Source: Raillietiella orientalis
Lineage: Eukaryota
NCBI GenBank assembly: GCA_036172245.1
Contig: JAYWIR010000001.1
Span: 2,356,001-2,420,000 of the forward strand
Length of the DNA stretch: 64,000 bases
Direction of reading: 5' to 3'
Every line of letters begins with the position of its first letter. The first letter of the stretch is position 1. A model generated the notes under the pieces. That model saw nothing but the letters and a program-made list of their open reading frames with translations. It was not told the DNA's origin and ran no database searches. Position numbers and translations under genes: made by a program. Positions 36,601-48,830 of this stretch are shown here, one piece after another.

Positions 36601-39600
36601 GATCCAACTTTCGTGGAGCCTTATACTTCACGTCCCCTTTGCTACACACTTCCTTGGTTCCATCCGTTCCTGAGTAACAGCCGTATACATTTGGAGATTG
36701 CTTGTATAATCTTGTGAATCGCAAAAGTCCGAAACTTTTCTTTTCAGCAAACCTCTCTGCGTTCGAAGGTCCCAAGTTGGTCTCCTCGATATTTACCAGC
36801 GCTTGTTCGATCAAGGATTCAAGTGCAGCTCCATGATGTAGTGCAATAGTCATTTGTTATCTAGATGCAGTCTACCTTTCTTCCTTATTACCTTTTCTAT
36901 GGAAATGTTCTTTTGTTCTTTCACTTCTTTGGTTCCAGCCTACTTTCCACCTTGTAATGAATTCAATATTCTCGCCTCTGTCCAGGGTTTTTTAATGCCA
37001 CCTCCCTGCACCTCACATAACGGCAAAAGACAAGTTATGGCAAGGAAAAGCTTCAGAGCCTTGTAAAACAGATACACGAGGAATCATACCTTTGAAATCG
37101 AAAAATCTATTTGCTAAAATTATTATCTTTTGGGGGATCCCAGGCCCACGTGAAACAGGACGTACCTAAAATACCAGTATCAGGTTGAAAGAACACAGTC
37201 TGTTCTCAGCACCTACATCCTTCAACAAGCTGTGGATTGCCCTATTCGATGTGCACACCTTATTTTCCATATTATGAAGCCTCCATTCTAATCGCATCAT
37301 TATTCTTACTCTATCGAATTTTTTATTCCTACACTCCACTGTGTCTTATTTCTTTTTTCGCCTCATGTTATTACTATCATGCATTTTAAAAATATAAGAC
37401 TCAAATCATTCTGGGTGTCATCGCTTGTTCATAATATTTCCATGTGTTTGTAGCTTTGTTTATTCAGGCACACCGTCATTTCGATAAGACTCCACAAAAT
37501 GCATCGTTATCACTGCTCAATAGAAAATCAGTGGAAACTTTCTGACGTTCCGATTTATATAAGCATAATAAAACGATTCAGATCGAGCAAAGATTACATA
37601 AAACCCTTTGGTATATTAATTTGTGATTCAGTAAATGCAACCGCAGAGCGGAATTACAATACTGCTTAAACTTAAAAAAACAGACGCAGTTATTTGGTAC
37701 TGCGCACATTGGGAGAAAACCATTTTGATACGCAGACTACAAATAGGAAACATTTTATAAAGTCCATAAGGGACAGAGGATCAATGATGTTGAGAGACCG
37801 AATTCAAAACTGCTCCTACAGGATACTCAAAGTTCCGCTAGAAACACCATGGTCCAGTGTTCTAAATCAAATATCTATTTAATCTACAAGGAAGGAAGAG
37901 TAGATAGGCAAATAAGAAGGTGTTTTGGAAAGCGAAGAATCCCATATGATTAATCCTTGAAGTAATGATCATTTACAGAGGAAGGTGGAAACCTGCGAAC
38001 GTTTTTTTTTTGGTTTTTGCATAGTCGAAAGAACGAAAGAAACCAAAGGGTGCAACTCGAAGTTTAAAAGGCAGTCAGAAATTGCTTTCGATAAGAGAGC
38101 CAAATATCAGGAATAAAAAAAAGGAAATTCTTCAGCAAGACTTCTGCAAATTGAATGGGATAAAGTATGCTACGTGATGCAAAAATGTGAAGGCGTGCAA
38201 AAAAGGAAATAAGCCGGATTAAGATTTTTTTTTTTTTTCTTTTAAATTCAGCACATTAGTCTTCATGGCATTTTCTAAGCACCAAACATCATTGACAACC
38301 AAACAACTAAAAGGAAACCAGACTTTGGATGGTGGAAACGAAACAAGGATTGAGGACAAAAAATTAAGAAAAATCTCAAATATGCTGTTCGTTTTTAATC
38401 TCCTATCAGGAAATTTTTCGAATAAATAAATTCTATATCAATTTATTTATGCCTTGTCCTTGCAGGAAATGAATGTTTCTTCCGTGATAATTTCGTAAGT
38501 TCACAAGACAGTCTCCAAAACAGTTTCCTACTCTTTGTGCTGTTGCGACGGACTTAATATTAAAGACTTATGCACATCAGCTGTTAATGATTGAGTCTCA
38601 AGAATAAGTCTCAAGAACCCATATATAACCTTTTCATGTCAACCTATGTCGGAATTTGAACACAGCCAAAAGGAATGATATTTGCATTAGGGACTGGAGT
38701 AACCATTATTCCATTATTTTCCAAATGGAGGGCTACTTTGATTCAGACTGCAAACTGTACCGTAAATAATAGCGGCAGGACAGGAGTAATGATTTGTTGG
38801 CAGTTAAGACAACTGAAGTATGAAGCTCCTATGGAATCGCGTTACAAATTTCGAATCATGATGAACACAGATATTTCAACGACAAAGCAAATATATGGTC
38901 AGCATGGGGCCAGCTTGTTTGTAGCTTGTTTCGCCCTACACCATTCTAGGTAAATAGGCAAAAAAAAAAAAAAACAGTTCACAGGTGCCGATGAATCAAT
39001 TCCTGTTTACTGTGCTAGTTTGCCGAAGTGTACCAGACTGAGAAGATTCTTAACTACTTTTCACTAGACAAGCTCATCTTTTCCAACACGTTTGAAAGAT
39101 ACAAAATTTGTACATTTCAGACTAGTATGAGGGTGCACTACGACATGTTTTGCTGTTGATTATTCCAAAATTGCCTTCATTTTTTCATTAAAAAAAAATC
39201 ATTCCGGAAGAAATTGTTTCCTACGAACATTTGATCGCTTCTTCAGTTAAACAAACTATAATTTTTACGGAACAAAACCCGTGCCTGATACTCGTCTCTG
39301 TTTTCAGCCCAATTGCTGGTTAATTGGCTTAACCAACAGGAAACCATAGTTGCTCACGTAAAATGTCACTTTATAAATTGCCAAATTACAACAATACTCA
39401 TAAAAACTTGAAAAAGGCTTTTGGAAAATTATTCGCAGTATTCTACTTGTCTTCAAGGAAGTAAAAACCATAAGATGCACCTAGCGAAAACTGTTCTGAT
39501 TCTCAATTTGAGAAGCTTTTCTCACAATGGAAATCATATCATTGATGCTAATCAGCTAGAGCAAAGTCAGCTTATGCGTTGGAATTTATAAGACTAAAAT

Positions 39601-41790
39601 TTGGGCTTCTTATCATTCTTCGAGAAGCTCAAACTAAGCATGGAAGCAATCAGTTTTCATAACTCATATTGCTCCCATATCAAAAGACTGTACAATAATA
39701 GGCCAGGGTTTGAGAACTGAGGGAGTGCTTTGCACAATTCGACTACCACAGAGACGAAGTTGATGAGTAAAGAACTACTTTCATGGATAAAAAAGGGTCA
39801 ATGTTGCAGTTTTTCAAAACTGATAGAGCAAAAGGTTTATTTTGAAAACAGTTAAAAGTTTCAGAATCTAAAATTAATCATTTTTTCAAAGAGCAGCAGA
39901 TTTGAAATAAGACAACGTAAATAACAGTTTATTTGAAAGTAATATGTGTCCAAAAGAACTTCAGTGACATTCCTTCAACTTCCAGCAGCTTGTTACTTCA
40001 ACTTACTCCTTCACCCTCGGTTTTGGACACATTCGCAACATCTTCATCGCATTTAGAGGGCGACGGAATCTTTAAAAAAATCGTCTTTGACTGCCGTTTT
40101 CATTCCTGCATTTGATTATCACCAATTGCCATGCATGACAGCGAATCCTCCGTATCCACACTGGGTTACATGTCTAAGTTAATGATTGTACTTTCAAATG
40201 TTACAGAGTTGAATATTCAGTTGTCATATAAAAACCTAATGTTCAATTGATTCATCAGTTTTATGAAATGCCATGCTAAACAGATACATGCTTTGTGAGA
40301 TACCTGATTTCAAGGGTACCTAAATTAATGTTCTTGAAATCGAGGATGCAATTTTGCGTGCTCACAAATGCTAGGGATTTACGATTTTGGATTTCTCAAG
40401 TACAGCAGTACTTGGTACCTCAGTAATGATAAAAATGTTAGCAGCAATTTGTGGTGCCCGTACCAAAACGCCACTAAAAATATCGAAAGAAATGCCATTT
40501 CTTTGTTTTTCCAAGCAACACAAGCACCTGGCAACACGCCGAATTAGTATGCCATTAATTTCACAAGCCCCTGGGGTTAGTCCTAACCAATGTGGAGTAG
40601 CAAACAGGAAAACATAATAAATTGGATCAAGTTATCCAGTAAAGATGAAACCATGGAATTAGAACAGCAGACACACTGCAGCTTTAGTTACAATATATGA
40701 ACCCAGTTTTTTCTTTTTCAATCATTACATATTATGCACTAAAAGAAATGGTGCTCACAGTGCGTACGCATGCGATGTGTGCAGATTTCTAAACTGCTGT
40801 AGCGTGATTCAGACTCTTCGAACCCGTAGCCGAAGTTATACCCGGTCAGCAGCACTGGAAAAACAAATGTAAATATCAGAAAAGAAATTGGGCGAACGTG
40901 TTTTCTTTTATGTATTTAAACTGGGTGTTGTTTGGGACAGTTGTCAACGATGAGAATTCTTTCAAAGTAAACAACGAAAACATTCATTTTCGCCCCGTTG
41001 TGTTGCTGTTAAAACAGTTCTCGACGAAAGTTTTCCTCATCATCGGTAAGGTAGTCAGCATCACTAAATGGTTTATGTTTTTCGGATTTATGTGGGGTTC
41101 CAACTGCAAAGAAACTTCCCTATCATGTTTGTGTTGGTGGTATTTGAGTGCACATAGTTATTCTTTGGGTGCACCAGGAACATCATCATTTTGTGTTTTT
41201 TGGTAGATTTCTGGTCATTGTGCCCGATTTTTTCAATTTTGTTATAAGCAAATTTTCAAGAAAGTACCAAAATTTTAAAGTTGCTTAGGAAAACGTTGTG
41301 TATTCAGGTTAATGTTCAAGTGTATCTTTTGAGTGCTTTTGCGTATTTCCATGTAGGTCTGTATGCCAGTCTTGGATTTTAGTTGAGTTGAACAAATTTT
41401 TTCTTTTATTAAGTGGGCAGTCATTAAGTCATTAAGCATTTTTGGGTGCACCTGATATATTAGGTGTTACATGTTAGGTTATTTGTTAAGTTTGCTGAAT
41501 TTTGAGTACATCCATTGCCAACTCTTCCCAGTTGGTTTTATAACTTTTAATCCTAGTTTTTAAACTGTAATTTAAATCTTTAGTCCTAGTGAAATATATG
41601 TATCCTGACTTACATTGCATTTAGAAGAAACTGCTTGAATATCTTATGTGATTTCACATGCATCAATTTTAGGTCAGTGCTTTATTTCAGAGAAAAATTA
41701 GTGTATCGGGGTGTTTGTATAAAGTTACAATGTGTATTTCAATGTTAGAAAAACATTTTAACGTATTGTTTATTTTTTCAGTTCCCTATA

Positions 41791-44700
41791 ATGGAGCCAG
41801 TTCACTCTAGCATGCAAATGTGGAATCAGGTTACTTCTGCTGCGGAGCAGTTAGTAATGTTTGAAGATGAAACACCAGCAAAAATCAAAAAATTAAAAAG
41901 CATACATGGAACTCAGGATGTAAATTTCACTAATATGATTTTAGTTTTTGCTTAAAAGTGTTCTAGCATCATGAGAACTTAACTTAACATCCAGCATTTG
42001 AGTTTTTAAAAAAGTAATGCTACTTGTATAAGTATGAATGTACAAGTTTTCATTTCTGTTCAGTTCATCTGACAAATGCATTTCAATTAAAAGAAACATC
42101 ATCTTTCATTAACAAGAGCAATTCAGTACTGGTTTCAAATATTTAACTGAAAGCATGTAAGTAACTTTCTGCATGTGCATTGCATGCTGATTATTAATTT
42201 TTCTTAATGTTATGTAATGTTATTATTCTGCCAGCTACAAAGTCTCGATAAATGATTTATAGACATACAGTTCTACTGTTCATGTGCTCGAACTGGTTCT
42301 CTGCATATAGTTTAAAAGAAAAGGCAGCTTTGTGAAAATATCATGAATGTAGATGATTATTTGAAACCATTTTTATATTGATAACGACAGAATGAGATCT
42401 TAATTTTGTAAATATTTCTAACATGTTTAGGGATAGTTAATTGACAATAACAATCACATCAGTTTCATCTTATTTTATTCAATTTAGGTCATTTTAATTT
42501 TTGTGTTCAGTATTTCTGAAAGCATTGGTTTATGAAGGGAGTTGCAAATTTGGGTATGCTGTTTTCATTGTTCACAGTTGAAGTTTTTTCAGATTATTGA
42601 ATGCATACAGAAATTCAGGATCTTAAATGAACTATGTTATCCATTTATTAAGGAATTTTTTTTGAATTTTTGCTTGAATCATGAATTTGCATATGCAAAA
42701 TAAAAAATTCTTTTGTTTTCATCAGCAAGAATGTGAATTGTTTATGATGGAAGTTTTAGTGTTTTCATTTTCTACAAAATATGATATGTCTCTGAGGGTA
42801 GTGGCTGTTTTCATTTCATCTCTACTGAATAGGTCTTACATACTTACAGGTAAGTTATTGCTTGCAGCTTCATAGGAACAAAAAAAAAAAAAAAAGGAAG
42901 ATTTGTGAAAGTTCATTTACTTTTCTTTTTTTGCATCTATGAAATCATAGGAAGATTTGAAAGAGCTGTTCGTTCTGATGCACATATTGTTTCCAGATTT
43001 GAAAACACAGATTGACATTGATAGTAGCATGAATAGATTTTCTTAGTATTTTACATTGAAAGGTTTAGTGCTTTTCTTTATTGTACAGTCTGTCATTTAA
43101 GGACTTTCAATGTTTAGAGTGCTTTGTGAGGATAGCAGTTTGCACCATGGTTTGTTTAACATTTTGTCAAATATCTGTCACACTATCTAAAGTTGTATGC
43201 AATCTCGATTCTTATAAGGTTTTTCTGCCAATGACTAAAATTTCACCTTATCACAAAATTATTACCTCCATCCATATTCAGTGTTCATGAAATTTCCAAT
43301 TCCTGATGAATAATAGATTATTTACAAAAATAGCATGCTTGATATGAGTCATCTTTTTCTCGATTTCATGATTCTAATATTTCTTATATAAAGTGAATAG
43401 AAATCATGTCCAAAGTAGCGCTATAATTTGAGTATCTTAAAAACTCACCATTCTCATGGTACATATGCTAAGACTGGTGATGCTTCAGCCATTCATTTTT
43501 TATAAAGTTTTCCTTGTTAAATTTAGCCATATTATGTGAATTGCACTCCTGGTTAGTATTACTTTCTAGTAATGGAATGTGACATTGTGTATGGTATCTA
43601 TGTACCCAAAAGGAAGCAAAAATATTCCCAAGACTTTATATTTGTCTATTACATTTTTCTTATACTATTATTATTATGTTGAACAAATTGTTGATTGCAT
43701 TTATGAAGAAATTAAGCGATCCTGTGTTTCAGACCATAGATAAGCTCCCTGAAAAAATTTTGCTGCACATCTTTTCCTATCTCCCACACTGTGAAATATG
43801 CAGGTTAGCACAGGTTTGCCGCAGGTGGCGTACTGTAGCTTATGATCCTCAATTATGGAAAGTTGTAAGTTTGAGACCAGACCACTCTGGATTGCATGTA
43901 TCATCCATGGAAGGTCTCTTAAACATCATTGGGTAAGAAAGATCCAGGGTAATTTTTGTTCATTTGTGTGTATGTTGAATGGACGTAGAATCCTGTTAAT
44001 TCCTATGTGTTTTTGATTTGATTTGGACTTGAAATATATCATGGTTTTATATATAACACGGTTTTATGATTCTCAATATCCCGTATTTGTTCTCCCTGAT
44101 GAAATATAAATCATCAGTTTCATGGAAAGTGAACATTTGCAAATAGCACAGAATGAACTAAATTGCCCTTTTCTCACTCATAAAGTAAATGAGTAAGTGT
44201 TATTCTTAATGCTTGTGTAAGTTTTTACTTAGTTGCTTTAAATTCTATATGCTTTGAATGTCCATTCTTGTTGATCTGAATCCAAAAATTATTTGTAGTT
44301 CCATCAATCTGTTTCAGCACCCGATTTGGTTCATGCTTACACCACATTGAACTACCAATTGAACTGATTACTCATACAGTGCTCCATGAATTAGCTAGCA
44401 AGTGTCCAAATTTGAGTTATTTGTTACTAGATTTTTCCAATGCTATGCAATTGCATGACTTTAATGAATTGCAGGTAGTCAGTAATGTGCTCCAAGGTGA
44501 ATGTTGTTTGTGTTGTAATTCAGGCATTCCCTACAAGACTACGTACTCTTTGTATTTGTCTTTCTGGAGTCATATTCATGGAAGGTTTCATGAGGAAAAT
44601 TTATAATTTTATCAATGGATTAGAAGTTCTTCACCTAATTGGTAGGAAAATCAGTTGGAAATATCTTTTTATATTGTTTCTGTGTTATTTTTCTTATAGT

Positions 44701-45974
44701 TGATTCAGCTGAGCATGTGTGATGTGGTAGTTATTTTAAGGGCAGACTTTATTGTTACGTGTTTAGCATTTGACTCTACACTCTTTGTGCATGTGTCCAT
44801 TTCTGCATGCATTACTAATCCTGCAAGTGTTCATATAAATTAATTTTGACTTGAAGGCACCTATGAAAAAGTTGAAGAAGAAGAAGAAGAAGTGTACGAG
44901 GTGCTTCATATTCATAAGCTGAGGTCCATACCCAACTTGAGAATAGTAAACTTGTATGGGATAAATTTCTTGGAGGATAGTCATGTAGAAGCATTAGGCT
45001 CAAACTGTATTCAGATGGAATGCTTAGCTGTTAACTATTGTCCCAAAATTACTGGTTCCTGCCTTAAGTCACTGTTCAGCCGCTGCAGAAAACTGCATAG
45101 CTTATTTTTGCAGCAGACAAGTATGAGGTCATTGCCTTTCGGCGCTTTTATAATAATTATCGTAGATTTGCATTCGGAATACGTCATGCAAGTTAATTGG
45201 GAAAATACAGATATAGAAGAACTGGATTTAACTGCCACCGATCTTAGTTCAGAGTGCCTCTCAGATTTGCTTACACGGTTGACTAATTTGAAATGGTTAA
45301 GTATAGGACAACAAGATGGTTTAACAGATATGGTAATCACTGGACTTGTTGAAATGGTTGTGATATCTCTTTCAGGTTTTACTAAACTACATGGAGAAAG
45401 GAAATCCTAACTCCCTGGAATCTCTTGATTTGGACTGCTGTGATAATTTATCAGTAGAAGTGTTGCATCAGTTCTTGAGTGTTCATGGTCCCCAATTGCA
45501 TGGCCTGGTACTCTCAGGAATCCCACATGTAACAGATGCTTTTTGGATATCAGTGCTTCCATTGTTGAGACGCTTACAAATCTTAGTAATGGGAAGCACT
45601 GAGTACTGGAAAATCCATCAGAAAGTGCTTGTTGATCATCTGTTGGACAGCGTGGCTGAAAACTGCCCTTCCCTCCAACGTCTAGAGCTAAAATGGGAAG
45701 GCGAAACACTAAGGTTTTCTGACAAGAGCCAAAAAGCTATCGACGCCCTGCGTATTCGCTGCCTCCGCTTGCAGTGCTTTGTACTGAGGTGATTCCCGAA
45801 TCTTGCATTCATATAAGTCCTAAATTACCTCATTTCAGTGATAGCAAATATCTGGAAGTTGTCAGATCAAATTTCGAACGGGCCGATCGTTGCTCGGTGG
45901 TGCGTGTGTGTTCCACGGGACGTGTCACCAACTGTTACTTATTACAGAATTTTTGTGATTTAAGATTCAACTAG
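41791..45974 (+). CDS. F-box/leucine-rich repeat protein, 527 aa
   Basis: Eight phase-consistent GT-AG exons: 41791-41919, 43733-43932, 44318-44474, 44524-44641, 44857-45120, 45166-45332, 45376-45788 and 45839-45974 (1584 nt). F-box IDKLPEKILLHIFSYL...LAQVCRRWRTVAYDPQLW is followed by Cys-containing LRRs (CPNLSYLLL, CPSLQRLEL). The ATG is preceded by a TTTTCAG acceptor at 41781, implying a spliced 5' UTR. Confidence 0.93.
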
Positions 45975-46162
45975 GATTGGGAGATTCACAAAATCTGGAT
46001 ATTAGTGGGCTTGTTGGATTCTTTGTTTGTTTGTTTGTGGCGTAATTAAACCAGATATTTGAATTATCCGTTTTGTCAGTGATGTTTTACAAAAGTTACG
46101 ACGTTGTTCATGAAGCAGCATGCATAAACTTTGTTTACGGACTTGTATTCAATTTCTGCAAA

Positions 46163-46168
46163 AATAAA
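46163..46168 (+). promoter_or_regulatory. Putative polyadenylation signal of the F-box/LRR gene
   Basis: AATAAA about 190 nt after the stop codon. Confidence 0.5.
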
Positions 46169-48522
46169 GTTGGTCATCTAATTATCCATATGCCTTACGT
46201 GCATTTTTAAATTGAGCTAAAAGATTTTTTTTTTTTTGGATGAAAGTATTCATTTTTTATGTTAGTGCCCAATTTCTCCGATACTGACATCTTCGTCGAC
46301 CATGGGCAGCATTTCTGTATAGAAAGTGGAAAGCTTGGTCAGACTTGAATAATACACTTTCAACAAGCAGATGTGATCATCACCAGTTGTTTCCATGTTA
46401 ATCGGCTTTCCAGATGGTGCACGGAAGTGCTGCAATAGTTCTTAATTATTTGTAACCAGCAGACAGTGAACTTTGGTCCATCAGTGATCTCGCAGACGTC
46501 ATTTCGCTCAGGTGTTTGCACTCGAGCTGCTCCTCCCTTTGGCTCTGTGAGTCTTCGCGAAGATGCGAAATGCTCATGAAATTTTGAAGCCGAAGCAAAA
46601 TTTCATCTTTTTTGTGATGTGTTTCCTCTCCACTTGCTGATTGATGACTTCAAGGAAAATCGCGTTTATTCTTCTCCATGCCCTACGATATTTGTTCCTC
46701 CACAAACACTTTGGTCTCATTCTGTCTGATTTATTTCGGCATGCGAATTGGGCAGTGCGAATGGATGTCCACGTTGTCAGCAGAGTGATTTCAGAGCAAG
46801 AAGGGCAACATCCACGTTTTGCATCTTCGAATTCTTGCACCAAGTCTTTAAAAATGTATGATCTGATTTCACGTAACCAATTAATGGCCAAAGCTCACGC
46901 AAGTCGAGACCGAGGAGGCTGAAATGATTCCAAAAAAATTTGATTCGTGAATTATTGAAATGGGCCATTAACAGGTTCGGTTTTACCATCAGACATTGCC
47001 TAGGGGCGCCGGGCTACTGGGAGCACCAAGTTACAGGACGAAAAATGGCGTTTTTTTATTTTTCATGTGAACCTTTGGACATGAGGCGCCAAATTTTCTC
47101 TGCCTCGGGGCGCCAGATACCATCGCGCCGCACCTGGCTATTCAACCGCCGCAGTAAGCTGCATGGCATGTTTTTGCAGCATCGGGGTCGTTGGAGGCGT
47201 TGTGAGAGGCATCTGTCAGATAATTCACCATCACAACATCGCGTTCTTCATCCCTCAACTTGTAAATCAGTAGGGAGCACCCGATTCATGGCGTCTTCTA
47301 AACGGTTGCAAGCTGTCCGGTCCATGGTTCCCACGATTGATTTGCTTTCATGTGATGGATTCGTTTTCCAGTCTTTTTTAAATTCGGTGTTGGCTTCCAT
47401 CCTTGAGGCTGACGGTGAGATTTCAATAATTCAGTGGGATTTCAGTAAGGTGGGCGTCTTCCATTTCGAACGTCCACTCCGCGTTTGCTGTGTCATGCAT
47501 ATCAATTATTCACCGGCCTTCGGCGCCCTATAAATCAGACCCAACTCAGGTCGACCGCGTCTGTGTGGATCCACGGCTTCCCACTTTGACTACTGCAATG
47601 ACACGGCTCCACCCGGAAGCGCTTCTGGTTCTTTGCTGCTTGTGGAAGTGTTTCATGGAGGCAGTTTCTGTTTTTCAGTCCGGAGGTGAGTTTCATGCCA
47701 CCCGGAATCGTCCGCGCCAAATCCCTCTGAGGAAGAAATGCTTTTCATTTTAATCTTTGCCTACGCTTGCCCATCTGGGGGGGATCCTCTCAATTTGTTA
47801 GGAAAAGGACTTTAAAAACGAAAGCTATCGGGGTTCCTGCGTCTCAGGAAAAAATTCTTCGACTGCTGCAGTCCCCGGCTATGCTCTTTGTTTGTTGATT
47901 GAATCTGAGACGCAGCGGCGCAAGCCGGAGAGAACCTGAAAAGTGACTTTATTTCCAGGTGCGTTTTACAACATATCGGATGGCGGATTCCGAGCTAAAA
48001 TCTGTGAAGATCTGGATGTTTTTCCAAAGCAAGACCTAAGAGGAAGAATTCTTTCTGTAGGATTCTCTTGGGTACGAATGCATTTCATTGATTCGGAAAA
48101 CGGATCGAGGCATTTCTTAAGTAAAAAAGGGATCCCCAGCACTTTTGAGAGATGTAGCCGTTGCTCTGATCTGGCAAGACGAACGCCGTTCCCCTTCCAA
48201 AGTTCTTTGCTCACCTATTTCTCACGCATATCTCTGACCAGCAATACCATGCGTGTCCCAGCTTTTGTTGCGTTCCATTCTTTCTGTTTTCTGGCCGTTT
48301 TTCACAGCTAAGTTTCTCATGGGCATCACCAGAGAGCCAGGATTCTTAGTTCCGTGTTCGCTGGCAACGGGATGACACTTTTGAAAACAAAATTTAGCAA
48401 GGACCGCTTTAGGTACCGACGAAAGATGTGTGTGAGAGAAGAACAGGTCAAGCTGGCGAACCAGGTTGACACCCGCAGAACAAGAGATGGGAGCTGTTTT
48501 TGTACAAATAGATTCTATAAAA

Positions 48523-48830
48523 TTAGCTTTTGCTTGCCGTTTTTTTTTCCACAATGAGCTTCACTATTTGCATTTTGTTGCTATATGCTGCCAGGAAGAG
48601 CATAGGATTATTCTCCGCGTCTTTTGCTTCTATGTTCTCCTTTTTCTTTATCAGATGTTCTATGATTTCTGCTCCACTCTCCCGATGTGCGGTGCATTGA
48701 TAAATGGTCAGAAGTAAAGGAGTACGAAAATTGTTATCCTCGCATCCAAGTTTGGCTCCACCGTCAACTAAAGTTTGAAATTTTTTGTGCAAAATTTGGA
48801 GAGCCAGGACTCGCTCGTTTTTCATAGCAA
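48523..48830 (-). pseudogene. Ankyrin-repeat fragment, probably a pseudogene
   Basis: LVDGGAKLGCEDNNFRTPLLL...AEIIEHLIKKKENIEAKDAENNPMLFLAAYSNKMQIVKLIVEK corresponds to about two ankyrin repeats. The frame breaks immediately afterwards. Confidence 0.6.

Noticed and set aside
35500-37100. Decayed transposase or other gene on the minus strand
   Set aside because: Coding-like composition, but no motif I can identify with confidence.
47001-47530. MITE with TAGGG(G)CGCCG termini; ORF 46940..47533
   Set aside because: The inverted match is only about 10 bp, there is no second copy in the window, and the ORF has no recognisable motif.
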